From contig OZ024741.1 in assembly GCA_964016885.1 (NCBI GenBank), positions 84,816,001 through 84,880,000 of the forward strand: a stretch of 64,000 bases of DNA, given 5' to 3'. This DNA is from Eledone cirrhosa. Its lineage: Eukaryota. The notes under the pieces were generated by a model. That model did no database searches, was not told the origin of the DNA, and worked only from the letters and a program-made list of their open reading frames with translations. Position numbers and translations under genes: made by a program. Positions 31,897-48,731 of this stretch are shown here, one piece after another. Positions within the stretch are counted from its first letter, which is position 1. Every line of letters starts with the position of its first letter.

Positions 31897-32007
31897 TTAG
31901 TTAAGCAAAACAAGCCACACATTTCACAATGAAGACATTATTTAAAGATTGTCAACATTACATTCATGACACCATCTTTCTTTACCTTAATTTATATTCC
32001 TTTTGAA

Positions 32008-32126
32008 GTTCCGATGAACTGCTCCAATTTTACCTAAGTTAATTATCTTTAACTGAACCAGATCAATAATTATCTATAATCATTTGATCCAGAAACATTA
32101 TATGGAGTAGCGAAACAATTGTAAAC
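32008..32126 (+). ncRNA. Hammerhead motif, U4 to C variant
   Basis: gtt-CCGATGA-a ctgctcca..tggagtag c-GAAAC-aatt-GTA-aac. Confidence 0.6.
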
Positions 32127-32592
32127 GGACATTATTAGTATTAGTATTATTATTATTTACATTGCTTACATTAAACTATAACTATGTTAACAATCTTTAA
32201 ATAATGTCTTTCTTGTGAAATGTATGGTCTTGCTTTGATTAACTAATGAATATTTCCAGCTCTGTGCACCTCTGCATGAACCCAGCCACCTAGCTGCCTT
32301 CCACTGCATATTGCACATTGAGTACATGCCTTTGCACCTTTGGCTTCTAACTAATTCACCAATCTCTCTTCTCTTCTCCTATCTCCATCTCTCTCTTTAA
32401 TATTGGTTACTCTTGAACTGTATATATATATATGTATATATACAGTATTTTCCGTTGTGTTGTAATATAAATATTACACACAGTAGATTATCAGCTCACG
32501 TAGAGTTTGCTCGACGGTTCCAGTTGTAGTTCCAAAAGTAATCCGGAGAAAAATAGAAAGATTTGAATGGATACAGTTTAGTTGAAAGGAAT

Positions 32593-32709
32593 TTATTGAC
32601 ACGTGTTTCTATAACAGTTACATAACCTAAAACAGCTATCTACAAACTTTTAGTTATGCAGACATTCAATATTTCAATGTTATTATTTACTGTCATTTCA
32701 TCAGAATAA
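32593..32709 (-). ncRNA. Type I hammerhead ribozyme (inverted copy of 34756-34872)
   Basis: Reverse complement of the above. Confidence 0.8.
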
Positions 32710-33295
32710 TATTACTGAGGACCTATTTAGTTTTTATAGAGAATATTAGGAGGGAGGGGTGAAGTTGTTAGAAGAATAGTTGAAGGAGTGGTTTTTCGAT
32801 AGCAGTGAGAATTCTTGGTGGCAGTGAGTAATTAGATTCCCATCTGTTGTTTTGACATTTTTTATAGAATATATTATTGGTTATTTTTCTAAATCTATAG
32901 AAGGATTAGAGATAGTGAAGATATGCGTGGTTGGTTTTGTGTTTGCACTTAATTAACATTCAGACTTAAATTTTTCTTTCAAGTGTACGTATCCTTTCAC
33001 CCACGCATTCACACACAAATATATTTGCACACCTCTACAAAATACATATACACACAATTCACATATTCATACTTACATATATATACACATGCATACACAT
33101 ATATATACACACATGTATTCATGTACATACATACGCGCTCATGTGTATACATTTTCATACTCAACTTATCTTTATATACACACGTATAGACACACACATA
33201 TATACATACATACTCTAGTCCATGTGTACACACATACACATACATACACATCCATATACACATATATACATACACATATATACATACATATATAC

Positions 33296-33343
<48 letters not shown>

Positions 33344-34170
33344 GCATACATACACAAACATACATATACACACATATACATATATATATATATAAGCACT
33401 TTAATACATGAATACACTTACATCTAACTATACACATCAAACATATATATATATTTACTTATTTATATACATTTTCACATATATATACATACTTATGGAC
33501 GTTTTTAGACACATTCATTATCGCATATTTGTACCTATTCTCATCAGCATATCTTTTCATTATTAGTATGGTAATTTAAGGTTATTAATATATGTTGAGA
33601 AGAGATTGTTTTTATATTTTTCTAACTAGATTAAGGTTTATATAGTTGGGGGATGTCCCTCTTTTATGTAATATTCGGCTTGTAGTGGGAAAAAAAAAGG
33701 AGCCAAAATTTCTGAAAATTGTGTAATCTTGAGATTTATTACATAATCACACACAAGAAGAAACTGCTGAATAACAGAATTGAACGAACATTATTCTGCC
33801 GTCACAGAACTAAAACCCTTTTTTCCCACTACAAGCCGAATATTACATAAAAGAGGGACATCCCCCAACTATATAAACCTTAATCTAGTTAGAAAAATAT
33901 AAAAACAATCTCTTCTCAACATATATTAATAACCTTAAATTACCATACTAATAATGAAAAGATATGCTGATGAGAATAGGTACAAATATGCGATAATGAA
34001 TGTGTCTAAAAACGTCCATAAGTATGTATATATATGTGAAAATGTATATAAATAAGTAAATATATATATATGTTTGATGTGTATAGTTAGATGTAAGTGT
34101 ATTCATGTATTAAAGTGCTTATATATATATATATGTATATGTGTGTATATGTATGTTTGTGTATGTATGC

Positions 34171-34234
<64 letters not shown>

Positions 34235-34755
34235 GTATATATGTATGTATATATGTGTATGTAATATGTGTATATGGATGTGTATGTATGTGTATGTGTG
34301 TACACATGGACTAGAGTATGTATGTATATATGTGTGTGTCTATACGTGTGTATATAAAGATAAGTTGAGTATGAAAATGTATATATATGTAAGTATGAAT
34401 ATGTGAATTGTGTGTATATGTATTTTGTAGAGGTGTGCAAATATATTTGTGTGTGAATGCGTGGGTGAAAGGATACGTACACTTGAAAGAAAAATTTAAG
34501 TCTGAATGTTAATTAAGTGCAAACACAAAACCAACCACGCATATCTTCACTATCTCTAATCCTTCTATAGATTTAGAAAAATAACCAATAATATATTCTA
34601 TAAAAAATGTCAAAACAACAGATGGGAATCTAATTACTCACTGCCACCAAGAATTCTCACTGCTATCGAAAAACCACTCCTTCAACTATTCTTCTAACAA
34701 CTTCACCCCTCCCTCCTAATATTCTCTATAAAAACTAAATAGGTCCTCAGTAATA

Positions 34756-34872
34756 TTATTCTGATGAAATGACAGTAAATAATAACATTGAAATATTGAA
34801 TGTCTGCATAACTAAAAGTTTGTAGATAGCTGTTTTAGGTTATGTAACTGTTATAGAAACACGTGTCAATAA
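34756..34872 (+). ncRNA. Type I hammerhead ribozyme
   Basis: ttatt-CTGATGA-a atgacagt..actgttat a-GAAAC-acgt-GTC-aataa. Confidence 0.8.
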
Positions 34873-34930
34873 ATTCCTTTCAACTAAACTGTATCCATTC
34901 AAATCTTTCTATATATGTATATATATATAT

Positions 34931-35011
<81 letters not shown>

Positions 35012-35229
35012 GAGAGAGAGCGATGATGTATATACATTACAACAACATATCATGTCACTCTAACAAAGTGAAAACGTGGTACTTCACATACTGCGTTTTG
35101 TAAATTTTGATATACCAGTGGAAATGATATTATTGATGTATCAACTATCTTAATTCTGTTTTCTTTTATTCATTTCATTCCATTCATCTCCTCCTGTTGT
35201 GATAATTTCAGTTATTCAAACTTTTAATA

Positions 35230-36090
35230 TGACAACAACCAAATAATACCAACGGAAATATTGAAAGGATTAGTAAAATAATGAGATTATTAAAACCTGG
35301 ATAATGACAGCTTCACAGAAATGAGAATATAGCGCACTGTATGTAACTGTGGCATGGCTTAAATGTAAAGAGTCAAGATATTAAACAACGTGCTTGGAGT
35401 AAAACATAAGAGGGTTTTGCCGGACAAGATTGTTAGAAATAGTAATTAGTCATAAAATATTGAAGGATGAATAGTTATATTTCTCCGTTGTTATTGTAAA
35501 ATTACTGGAAATGAACAGTTGAAAGATGCATTTAAAAACAATTTTTATGATGGTGTAAAACTGCACCATACCGAGTGTAACAATATATCAAGAAATATTC
35601 TGTGCTCTATTTGAACAAGATCTTACACGTGATATATGAAGAAATATATATGGCTAATTACTTGACAAATTCTATGACATTTCTGTACTAAATATACTAG
35701 GTGTTTCTGTCAGAAATCATTAATGGAGTGTCTACTTTTCTTAAACTCGTTGTAAATGTGACACAGAAAGTATAGTTAAGGCACTAAGAAATTGTTAGCA
35801 TGTAACAAATTAGATTTGAATAACCTCGCAGCAATTGGTGCTGATAATGCTGGCGTGATGATAATTATCAAGAATGGTATTCATGCCAAATTGCAGGTAT
35901 ATACTTCATCTTTAATTCTGATCAAATGTGTGAGTCACTCCATACAGTTAACGTTATCACATGATTTTTCGGAACGTTTATTGACGAAGTTGGAATTTCT
36001 TGAACTGAAAAGTATAATTGTTTCTCAAAATCATTCCTCATATAATCTTAATATACAGTGACATGTACAAAGCATTAAATGGTGTATCTA
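35230..36090 (+). pseudogene. hAT-superfamily transposase relic
   Basis: ORF 35792-36061, IGADNAGVM..NGIHAKL..LILIKCVSHSIQL, contains the hAT D-containing block and the CxxH motif; surrounding frame is broken. Confidence 0.65.
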
Positions 36091-36569
36091 AAAATAATAT
36101 TGAAGAAAGTCATAAACACTAAGGGGATGGACGACATGAACTGACGTTTAAATAAGAGAGTTTTCATTGGGATTGCTTAATATTAATATCATTGTTAATT
36201 CTAGTGTTACTTCAAGGAATCAAGTGAAGAAAACGTTAGTGGCTATAGAAATTCTATGGGCAAACATGCTAAGTGTGTGGATGAAGTCCTTCTGTAGTTT
36301 GTTTAAAATATGACGATTATTGCTATTTTTATATCTATGCCGCCATCTCTGAAAATGCCAAAGTTTATTGTATTGAATTTATTACTAATCACGAAAGAAA
36401 ATATCGTAATAGAGAACTATCAAGAGATTCGCATTATCTAAGCAAAGATGTCTTTGAAAGTATTTATGTTTAGTACATTTTCTTCTAAGTATACTTTCCA
36501 CCCAGTAAATTATATACGAAAATATGAGGTTATTAAATGTGTTATTTTGGCACTCCTATAGCAGAAGCA

Positions 36570-36720
36570 GGCGGCGAATTGGCAGAGTCGTTAGAATGTC
36601 GGATAGAATGTTTTCAGTATGCGTTCCGACTTTCTACTCTCAAATCCCATCGAAGATAACCTTACCCCTCATTTATTTAAGGTCGATAAAAAGTACCAGT
36701 GTGGTACTAGGGTCGAGTAT
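36570..36720 (+). mobile_element. Older SINE copy
   Basis: ggcgaattggcagagtcgttaga..caaatccc..ggtcgataaaaagtaccagt. Confidence 0.65.
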
Positions 36721-36904
36721 TCCTCGATATCTCTTTCTCACTTCCTTTGTCTCATTCTCTAGAAGAAATCTGACTTGGATAGGAGGTAGGCTCCACCAGG
36801 TTTTAAAATGCCCTTGAAAGACCTTATGCCAATATGGCGCCTCTACAAATCCCTCAGGAGTTATGGGTCCATACATAACAGTAGTATAATACCACAGGAG
36901 GAAT

Positions 36905-36961
<57 letters not shown>

Positions 36962-38159
36962 GTGTGAAACAAAATAATTTTAGCCATTTTGAACCACCAT
37001 AAAAAGAAGATTGCGACTGATAAATTTAGAAAAGTGCTGGTCAATTTATCATTTTCCTATTGAAGTCACAGAAGAAAATTTAACAGCTAAATAATATCAG
37101 AGCTATTCAGTGTGGCATCATTTCAACTTGAACCTTCAACGTCAACTTTACAGTCAGTTCTTCCAATACATTTTGCGAGATAGATAAAAAAATATCCATG
37201 TATATATTTTTAATAAATAAAATAAATGCCATAAATACATAGATATAGTATTGGATCAGTATTGTCAACATTATTTTGTTTTATTTCTAGATTACCACTT
37301 TTGAGAAAAAGTGGAAAATATGCTGCTGATCCTTTACATATAAAGCCTTCCTTTTCCCCAAAGCAATAAGTTCGTATAATGCCATATAATTTATTCCTTA
37401 TTTCTTATGGGACCATGATAATACAGTAGTTATTACACTAACTCCATGACGAAAATTATATAATTAATTATAATCTTTATATACTTTTGCATTTATATAT
37501 ATATTGACATTCATTTATTCATATGTGTTTGTTTTGCATGGGTACATTTGCTTATTCATTTTCATAATTATGCTTTTGTGCATCCAATCTTCATGAAATT
37601 TCTCAATGTTTTAAAATGTTTAGAATGATACCAATTGTTGCCGGTTGTTAACCGAACCTTAAATTAATGTTAAATAATCATTCCCTAGATTCAATGTTTA
37701 TTTCTTAAGTATGTTTATGTTTGCTTGTTTTATATATTGTTCATACAATACATATAGATAATGATTGTGCACTGAAACTATTTTATATTTTATATCCAAA
37801 TACCGATGTAATAGAGGCAACCAATTATATGTACTACGTTATTTGTATCCATATATTTGGACCTTTAAACTAAGTAATTTTATAATGTTCTATTTTGTAT
37901 CTCTGTAATAGTGGATATTTTGTATTCGAGCAATGGCGAATGTGTGCGCAGTCACGCATACGTTCAAACATATCTGTGCGTTATCACATGTATTTGCCTC
38001 CACCTTTGTGTAGTTATGGGCATGTTTATGTAGGTGTACGTGCACATCAGTGGATATGAATATGCATGTCAATACATGAATGTTTAACTAAAAGCGCGTG
38101 TATATGCACATGTATTTTGCATAGTATTGAGTTTATGGGTGTAGAATATGTATGTATAT

Positions 38160-38200
<41 letters not shown>

Positions 38201-38254
38201 GAGAGAGAGAGGGAGAGAGAGAGAGGGAGAGAGAGAGAGAGAGAGTGAGAGAGA

Positions 38255-38326
<72 letters not shown>

Positions 38327-38577
38327 TAGAGAGACCGATACATTTGTGTGTGTGTATGTGGGTAATATTTATATATATATATAAGTATATATTTATATAT
38401 AAATGTGTGTGTGTCTGAGTGTGTGAGTCTCTGTGTGTGTGCATGCGTGAGTGTGTATATAAGAATCTATGTTAGTTCCAATTGGAAGAACTGGGATAAT
38501 CCTCGTCAAAATTGATGTATGTATATATATATATATATACATATATATACGGTTACCCATGATTCAACCCGGAATAA

Positions 38578-38655
<78 letters not shown>

Positions 38656-39029
38656 CTCGACCGCGACGCCAATTGGCTCATCTCATGTGTTCAGCTTGCT
38701 ATACCGACTCTGCATCTCCCCATGTATTGAGTACTCCCATGATTAGTGGTCTCCCTGATGTCAGTACCGCAGAATCTCTCTCTCTCCCTCCCTCTCTCTC
38801 TTTCTTCCTTTCTGTGCACGCACACACACACACAGACACACATATACCTGTGTGTGTGTGTGTGTATGTGTTTGTGTGTATGTGTGTGTGTATATATATC
38901 GATAGATAGATAGATAGATAGAGAGAAAGAGAGAGAGAAGAGAACGGGCAGTTTTAGTTCCACATTAAATTAGCAAGCCATAATCGAATATATGTGTTTC
39001 AACCTAAATATAATAACCTAAGTAAAGTA

Positions 39030-39066
<37 letters not shown>

Positions 39067-39496
39067 GAAATAATTAAACAAATCCAAATACCTATGTCTC
39101 TCTAAAGAGTTACCTCCCTAACACTCTACCTAATCCTTTTTCTTATATAAATTAAATACCATCCATCATTTCTCTCCCACCCTGAATTACCTCCCTCTGC
39201 ATAACTCTCTAAAAAGGGAAATCATATCAAACCCCAGACTACCATTTGCCTCCATCATGGATCAACTAAGCACTCTTGCTATTAACACATTTTGATCTGC
39301 TTATCTTCAAGAACTATGCCTGTAAATAACATTATTTTTTCTTCCACATTGCCTTATTATGTTCCACATTACCCCCACCCCCTTCTTTTTCTTTTTTTCT
39401 TTTCACTTCATAAACCTTGTTTGTAAATAACATTATTCTCTCTGCACCATTTCCTTAACATGTTCAACACCACCATTTTACACCAATACATATTAT

Positions 39497-39538
39497 TATC
39501 ATTTGATAATGCATAAAAATGCTGAAACCGGTAATAGA
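39497..39538 (+). ncRNA. Minimal hammerhead motif, U3-A8 variant
   Basis: at-TTGATAA-t gcat aaaa atgc t-GAAA-ccgg-TA-at; weak stem I. Confidence 0.55.
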
Positions 39539-39746
39539 CAATTATTAAATATATAAATAAATAAATAAATGCCATTGTTAATTAATAAATAAATCAACTA
39601 ATACCTTAACACTTCACGCTAAGTAAAATATTTCGTTTTAATCATTTTCTAACCCAGAAAAAAAGAGAGAAAAATAAAAAGGAAAACATATTTTCCTTCC
39701 TAATAATCGTCTTTTTCTCCCTGTTTTCATATATATATATAAATTT

Positions 39747-39797
<51 letters not shown>

Positions 39798-40177
39798 TAC
39801 CCTAAGTATTGAGTACTCTGGTGCGTTATGGTCCACCTGGTATCTTACCACGCCCTCTTTGTTATATATATATATATATAATATTAAATTTTGAGTATTG
39901 AATTTTCGACTTTGTATCAATTATCACCTATTATTTCCTTGCATATATGTATATATGCATAAATCTTATTATGTTTATATGTATGTGAATGTCTCGTTGA
40001 GTTCTTTACTTGGTACGAATTCTGTTGTTTGAATTCAACTACCAAATCAGGTGTTATAGTCTGCGATAAATTTCTTCCTCTTTTAGAAGCAGAGTGTAAA
40101 ATTAGCTAGGACTACTGGATTCCATATACTGTGGCACTAGTTAACACACTGTATGGAACTATCCTATGATTCGGGCA

Positions 40178-40302
40178 TCCTTGCTGATGAGTGTAATAGC
40201 CCACTTACGTAAATGTCTGCACATATTACATGATTTTTTAACATTGTGGATCTATGTCTGCATTTGTGAAGAAACGTTGCATAGAAACGATATCATCTAG
40301 GA
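40178..40302 (+). ncRNA. Degenerate hammerhead motif
   Basis: tccttg-CTGATGA-gtgtaat..gttgcat a-GAAAC-gatatc-ATC-tagga; G16.2 appears mutated. Confidence 0.45.
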
Positions 40303-40461
40303 CATGAGAATTTCACCTTTCTCTCTACCTGAACACCGCCACCGCATCTGCTATTAACTACATGTGTGAACTCTGGACGGCTGATTGCAACTGCATTACT
40401 GCAATTCGGCAAATTCATAGAATGGGCTAGACGATGGACGCAGACCGTTGAATCTTCGTTA

Positions 40462-40546
<85 letters not shown>

Positions 40547-40573
40547 ATAGAGGTGTAACACACGAGTTATGAT

Positions 40574-42648
<2,075 letters not shown>

Positions 42649-43379
42649 ACTCTCGCGTCGATATCCGACGTATGAGTGTCCAACAAAAGTTCAGCTCACT
42701 GGATGGTGGTGTCTCATGTGACATTTCAATCCCGCAGAGTCGCCATAGTGCAGAGCTCCAGCTAGAGACTTCCAGTAGTATCCTCTACCTGTTCCCGTCA
42801 CTGTCACCCCATCGCCTACGGACTCCGCCTGCAAAAGAGTGGCGGAAATGTGAGAAAGTGAACTGATGTTGAACTACCCACACAAAGTTTTGTTTTAAGT
42901 GGTGAAGGCTAGAGTAGGACCAACCACACTTTTTGGAACTGACGACACATATCTTCTGTGCAAATGTTTGCCCCAGAAAATACGACAGCCCTCTTTATCC
43001 TCTCCGTATAATTTAATAAATATATATATATAAATATATATATATACTGACATTTAAAAATGAGAGTTGTTTGCATAATTGCAAACGAATCGAATGTTAT
43101 TATTAATATTCGAAAAACTGAGATTACTTTTATTGTATTCAGCCATGTAGAGCGAACAAAACTTCTTTTTTATTTGAATGTGGCAAAGCCGGCCATTTAT
43201 CGATCGTATACTGGAAATTGACTGGCCAGTCTGCTGATATCCAAATCTGGCTGATCAGTGGATCTGCTAATATGCAGATCTGACTGATCAGCCAGTCTGC
43301 TAATATGCAAATCAGGCCGATGAGTCACTGTATATTTTAGAAAATAGCATATATTTTCACTAGCTCTGACAGTTGGTAG

Positions 43380-43446
43380 GTGAACAGTGAGCTGTACTGA
43401 TGAAGGGTGATACCCAGAAACATTTGTGTCTGCAGTTCTGTTTACA
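43380..43446 (+). ncRNA. Type I hammerhead ribozyme with extended stem I
   Basis: gtgaaca gt gagctgta-CTGATGA-a ggg tgata ccc a-GAAA-ca tttg tg-TC-tgcagttc tgtttac. Confidence 0.8.
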
Positions 43447-43834
43447 TGCCAATGCAGGAGCAAGAATGAAGGGTTCATTCTACTGACATGGCTTTAAAAA
43501 TGAGGCTTCTTTGCATAATTGCAAACGAATCGAATGTTATTTATATTCTACATTTATTGAAAATGTTATACATATATATATATTGTGGGAATTACAAGGC
43601 TCACTGTGACCATGGTATGTATCTCAAGTAGAGGCGTCATCAGATTGGTGTAGCACTAAGAAAATGAAGGCATTATAGAGAGTGTTTTGTGAGGGAGGTT
43701 TTGTTTCGTTTTCTTTTTAGTTTTTATAATATTCCAATTAGGGATAATGTATTCGATTTGTGTATGGGCGTGCCTATGTATGAATTCGGGAAGAAGGAGA
43801 AAATGAGTTTGAGATAATTGTAGTAGACTTTCCT

Positions 43835-43970
43835 TTATCTATCGGAATCGAAGTGATGAAAGGTAAAGTTGATCGTTGCTGGATCTGAATTCAGATAGCA
43901 CAAAGACCTGGAACAATTACCACAGAGGATTCTATCCTTTGTTCTAACGACTCTGCCAGTTCGCCGTCTT
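43835..43970 (-). mobile_element. Older SINE copy
   Basis: Reverse complement reads ggcgaactggcagagtcgttaga..gaattcagatcc..aactttacctttcatc. Confidence 0.55.
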
Positions 43971-44534
43971 AGAAATCATTACAAACAGAAAAAAAAAATT
44001 ACTTTAAATTTGTGTATTGTTTTGTTGACATTATCTGTCTTATATGAACAAAAGACCAATACTTTAAAAAATGAATACCAAAAGAACTCTTGGAAACATG
44101 TTCAACTATATAAGTTGTCATAATCCCATGGTAAGGTTACAACTGAAGAAAATATGATGTATGCGACTCAAAGCTAAATTGGCAAAATAAAATGTTTTGA
44201 GGTTGCTGTATTATCTAGTATAATGAGAGGATAAATAAAATAGTTTATTTTTATTTTCTGTTTATTCTTTTTTTTGTTCTGTTGACCGTTCTTTTTCTAT
44301 GTTGTTTTTGCCTGTGTAACAATAAGCGTAATATGTCTCTGTGTCTTCCGTGTCATTCTTTTAATTGTTGTTATTGTTGTCTTAAGTGTCATTAAGATGA
44401 CTGCGGAAAGTACCGCAGTGTAGCATTCCGCATACTAAAATACTCAATACTAATGCGGCAGAATCTCTCGTTAATAATCTAGTAAGTTGAAAAACTTTCA
44501 TCAATTGATATTAGATAAGTAATTAGTAGATTAG

Positions 44535-44668
44535 CCGACGAATTGGCAAAGTCGTTAGAGACCCGGATTAAAATTCTTCATAATATTGGTTCTAGCTCTC
44601 TACGTTAAAATCACACTGATGTCGATTTTGCCTTTCATCTTTTCTGGGATAATAAATAAATTACCAGT
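44535..44668 (+). mobile_element. Older SINE copy
   Basis: gaattggcaaagtcgttaga..ttttgcctttcatc. Confidence 0.55.
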
Positions 44669-47600
44669 TCGTCTGAGAACTGAGATTGGTGGAATTGTTA
44701 GTGGTTCAGTCGTAAAACATTGCGGTGTCCCTTTGGCCCTTTCCGTTATGATTTCTCCTATAACGTCACTTGTGCCAATCTGTAACGGCCTTTGCCTTTT
44801 CTTTGTGCAACATCGTTGGTATAGAGAGGGGAGAGTTGCATGCCTGTGTGACTACTTGCGACTTGAAAAGGATCTTTTCAGACGCAAACCCATGGTTACA
44901 TGATAAAAACCGTCCAAGAAGCGTTTAATATCTAAAAACAAAAATGAAAGTACATCACTTCAATTAGATCTTTGGGATAATATAGACTCGAGTGGAGCTG
45001 CCTTTTAAACTCAAATTGCGCAGTCTTTTAAACTCAAATGAACTGTTTCGAAGTCTTATTTAGTGAAGCATATTCTACACTAATGGCAGGACTAGTGATG
45101 CTCAATATAAAACGGAACTCCACTCCGTTGGTTTCAACAGTGTGTGTTCTAGATACAACATTGTCTAGAAACCAAATACAATACTTCTCCAGAAAATCAA
45201 CAACCACATTAAATAAATTCCTTCACTGCATCTTTCTATATTTTTCCAATAAAGAAAGCAATAAAAAAATTAAATTAACACTAAGAGATACATATCACAA
45301 AATACCAGCAAATAACAAATCACATAATATCTACATAGAAAGCTAACGGCCACCACAAACAATGGAATGAATGGATCTCTGTCAATTTCGACGATGAGTG
45401 TTCCACTTGTCTAATCAATATAATAAAGTGTTCATGGAATTAACGTGCAGCTAGCTGAACATTCCTCAGACACATGTACCCGTACCCTAATTTTCATGGA
45501 GATTAAACGTGACAGAGTGTATGACAAGGTTGGTCCTTCGAATTACAGGTATGGTTCAACTTGTACTCTAGTTTATAGCACAACTGGTCCTTTGAATTAC
45601 AGAAACATTCCATCTTGTACTATATTGTAAGTGATTCCACAAATATATTTGACCATTCCACAAATATATGTGTACTCTTAACATTCTTCTCAGGGAGATA
45701 CAGTGTGTCACATTGTGTGGCAAACCTGGCACTTTCAATTACAGGAACAATCCATCAGGCGAGTCTCTTTGATTGCATCGAATGATGGCTTACGTGTTGC
45801 TTATCCCCAGGTCAGCTATGGTAGAGCAAACCATTAATCAGAAACACTCTAATCTTTATAAGTCAGTAGAGTTTGATAAGAGAATGCTTTGGCTGCTATT
45901 TCTAACAAGCATAAGGTTTGTGTTAGACCTTTTCTCTTTGTCTCATATTGTATGTGCATATGTATGTATCCTTGTATCTTTGTGTGTATGCGTATTCCTT
46001 ATGGAACTCGCATTGCTTGCTTGCTTTCCAGTTGCCATAACATAATTTAATGTGAGTACTATCGACTAATTATGCAGCCATGTGTTGTACATTTATAAAA
46101 ATGACGTGCGACTGGCCAAAACTAAAAATGAACTGAGTAAATGCGAATTAAGTGATGTCTAAATTTAATAGAGACAAGTTATTCTGGTAATAATTTAGAT
46201 TTTCCGGACAATTAACTTAATCGTTCACACTCTTTACCTTTAACACTATATTTTGATTGGTCCAATATCCGCTTGATTTCAGTCAATCTATTACGATTTT
46301 GATACAGTTATTTTGGCTACATTTGAACTCGGGGACTATTTATAAATGGCCAGTTACAAAGTCTTTAAGAGGAGACGCAGATTGCTGGATCTATATGATG
46401 CGAAAAACTACCAGCTAAAGATAGATACTGCAATGGAATAACATTGCCATTAAATTTGTGCGGAGCATGGCCGAATGGCTAAGTTCGCTTCGCACTCATT
46501 AGATTCCGCGTTCAATCCCATGCGTGGCTTCTTGTGCAAGTGTCATTTATCATAGTCTCGTCAGCTTGACTGTACCAGTAATTCAAAGGAACAGCTTTGT
46601 CATCCACTGTGTCACGCTGAATCTCCACACGAATTGTTTTGGAGTTTCACGCCTGTGGAATACTGAGCCAGGAACACGGTGTTCCCTTGATTGAGGAATT
46701 GGCACACTCTCCCTCGAAACAGATTGTAGTCCATTCCATTTTCCCCCATTAAAGACGTAACAGAATAATGAGCTTTCGGGGAAAGTAACTGCGGAAATAC
46801 ATTTGGACGGGAAGAAACCATTTATCAGAAAACACCATCGAAATTACATTTGTATTGGGCATTTCCATTGTTGGTGATATCTACCGGTTGTAACTCAAGT
46901 CAGAAGGAAACGGGATTTGAACTCAGAAAACACAGAGCTGGATCAGATAGTTCTAAAACAATTCCGGCAGGCCACCACCTCTGGAAGAATATTCTATGCC
47001 TGAAAGGTAAATAGTTTCGCTGTTTGTTATGAGTGGGTGCTTCTTGTTTGTCTGAATCTAAAAGGATAGCAAGATCGTTTGCGAATGCTCACATTTACCA
47101 GTCTCACCCTCCTATGCAGCACTAACATGATGTGGATAGACACACTCACACACAAATGAAACATGAATTTATCTGTCATGGAAAGTTAGGTGATTTACTT
47201 CTCTATCGACGAATATTGTGTTTGTGTCTGAGATGTATCACATTTCGAGAAAAGTATTGCGTATCCTCAAAGCAAATTACTAATTCTAACTTTACATGAA
47301 ACAATCGGAGGAAACAGACATTTTTTCCCCTTTCAGTTATTGCAGCACGATCTGAAATAGATATAATCAAGGTTTTTGTGGAGTGTGATATACAGTAAAA
47401 CGTTATCTAGTGTGTTGTTCCTTTTTTGAAGAAGATAGTGTATGTGATTCGAGTCTGATTTGGCTTATATTTCTAAAAAGGCGTTTGGAAACGTAAACGT
47501 TCTCCTATTTGGTGAATGTATTACATCGGATTAGTCACGATCGAGCAAAACTATAGACAAATGAGTGCTACCCATGATTATAACATCCTTTTTTTTTATC

Positions 47601-48018
47601 AAGCATTGTGTATCTTGAGGTACATGATTGGATATATACATTTTCTCTAAGACAGCACATTATAATTTGAATGAAAGATGTTTTAACATTATTTTTGTCA
47701 GATCGAACGAATAACCTCGTAAAGATAAAGAGACATTCACAGCAGCCCGACATAATCGAAACGTTGTGTTTTTTAATAAGAATAAAATGGGTGAGGAAAT
47801 ACTTGATTAGTTTCTGTTAGAATTATAAAAACAGTCAAGTGATGTGAATGAAAGCTTTTGAAAATGATGAACATGATTACAGAGTTAATGGGGCCGAAAT
47901 GTGTTTCATTAGTCAAGCTTTGTTTACTTTACTAATGAAGCAATAGAAAAAAATAAATCAAACTATTTGGAAAGAAAAAAGCAATACCAGATATAAGAAT
48001 GAACAAAGCTGATATCTA

Positions 48019-48128
<110 letters not shown>

Positions 48129-48292
48129 TCTTTGTTGTGAAACTGTGTGAACAGATGAAGATCAAATAGCGATGTGTAGCACAGTTCTTATAATAACTAT
48201 AGAGTTAGATTTATCGACATTGTTTAATTGTTTTAAGTATATGCACTATATATATAGAGAGCGAGATAGAAAGATAGATAGATAGATGGATA

Positions 48293-48674
48293 GATTTCTG
48301 TTTATTGCCACTAGGGCGCAAAAGAAGGGGACAAATACAAGGGGAGAGTTTATACAAAAAGGCGAGTAAAGAAAACAAATAACAAATATAAAATTAACAA
48401 TAAAGTCCTCAATAGGGTGGGGGCGTTTTGGGGCGTCGCACACACCCCCGAAAAAAGTGTGCAACCCCTTCTCCTCAGGAGCACAGAGAGAGGTTGCTCC
48501 CTCGTTCCTTCCTCTTTTCCACCTACAGGCTGATGTAGAGAGAAGGCCCATTCACACGGGCCATTCTCGCCACTTTCACCCACATTTCATAAAAACGACG
48601 GGGGGTTGAGCATCTCTCTCTCTCCATCCTGATCCTTCTTCCGAAATGATATCGGAAGAAACGGATCAGTTGTT
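48293..48674 (-). mobile_element. 5'-truncated Tx1 copy
   Basis: Encodes ..FFRYHFGRRIRMER..RVNGPSLYISL plus 3' UTR; flanked by GATA repeats. Confidence 0.85.

Positions 48675-48729
<55 letters not shown>

Positions 48730-48731
<2 letters not shown>

Larger units (their letters stand above)
32553..34912. repeat. Large inverted repeat (~1.1-kb arms, ~120-bp spacer)
   Basis: 32553-33695 vs 33818-34912 reverse complement; the arms differ by small indels in internal microsatellites. Confidence 0.95.

Noticed and set aside
43197-43478. 93-aa ORF with an 11-aa repeat (DLHISR..)
   Set aside because: Explained by a 33-bp tandem repeat in the ribozyme cassette, antisense to the ribozyme; no coding evidence.
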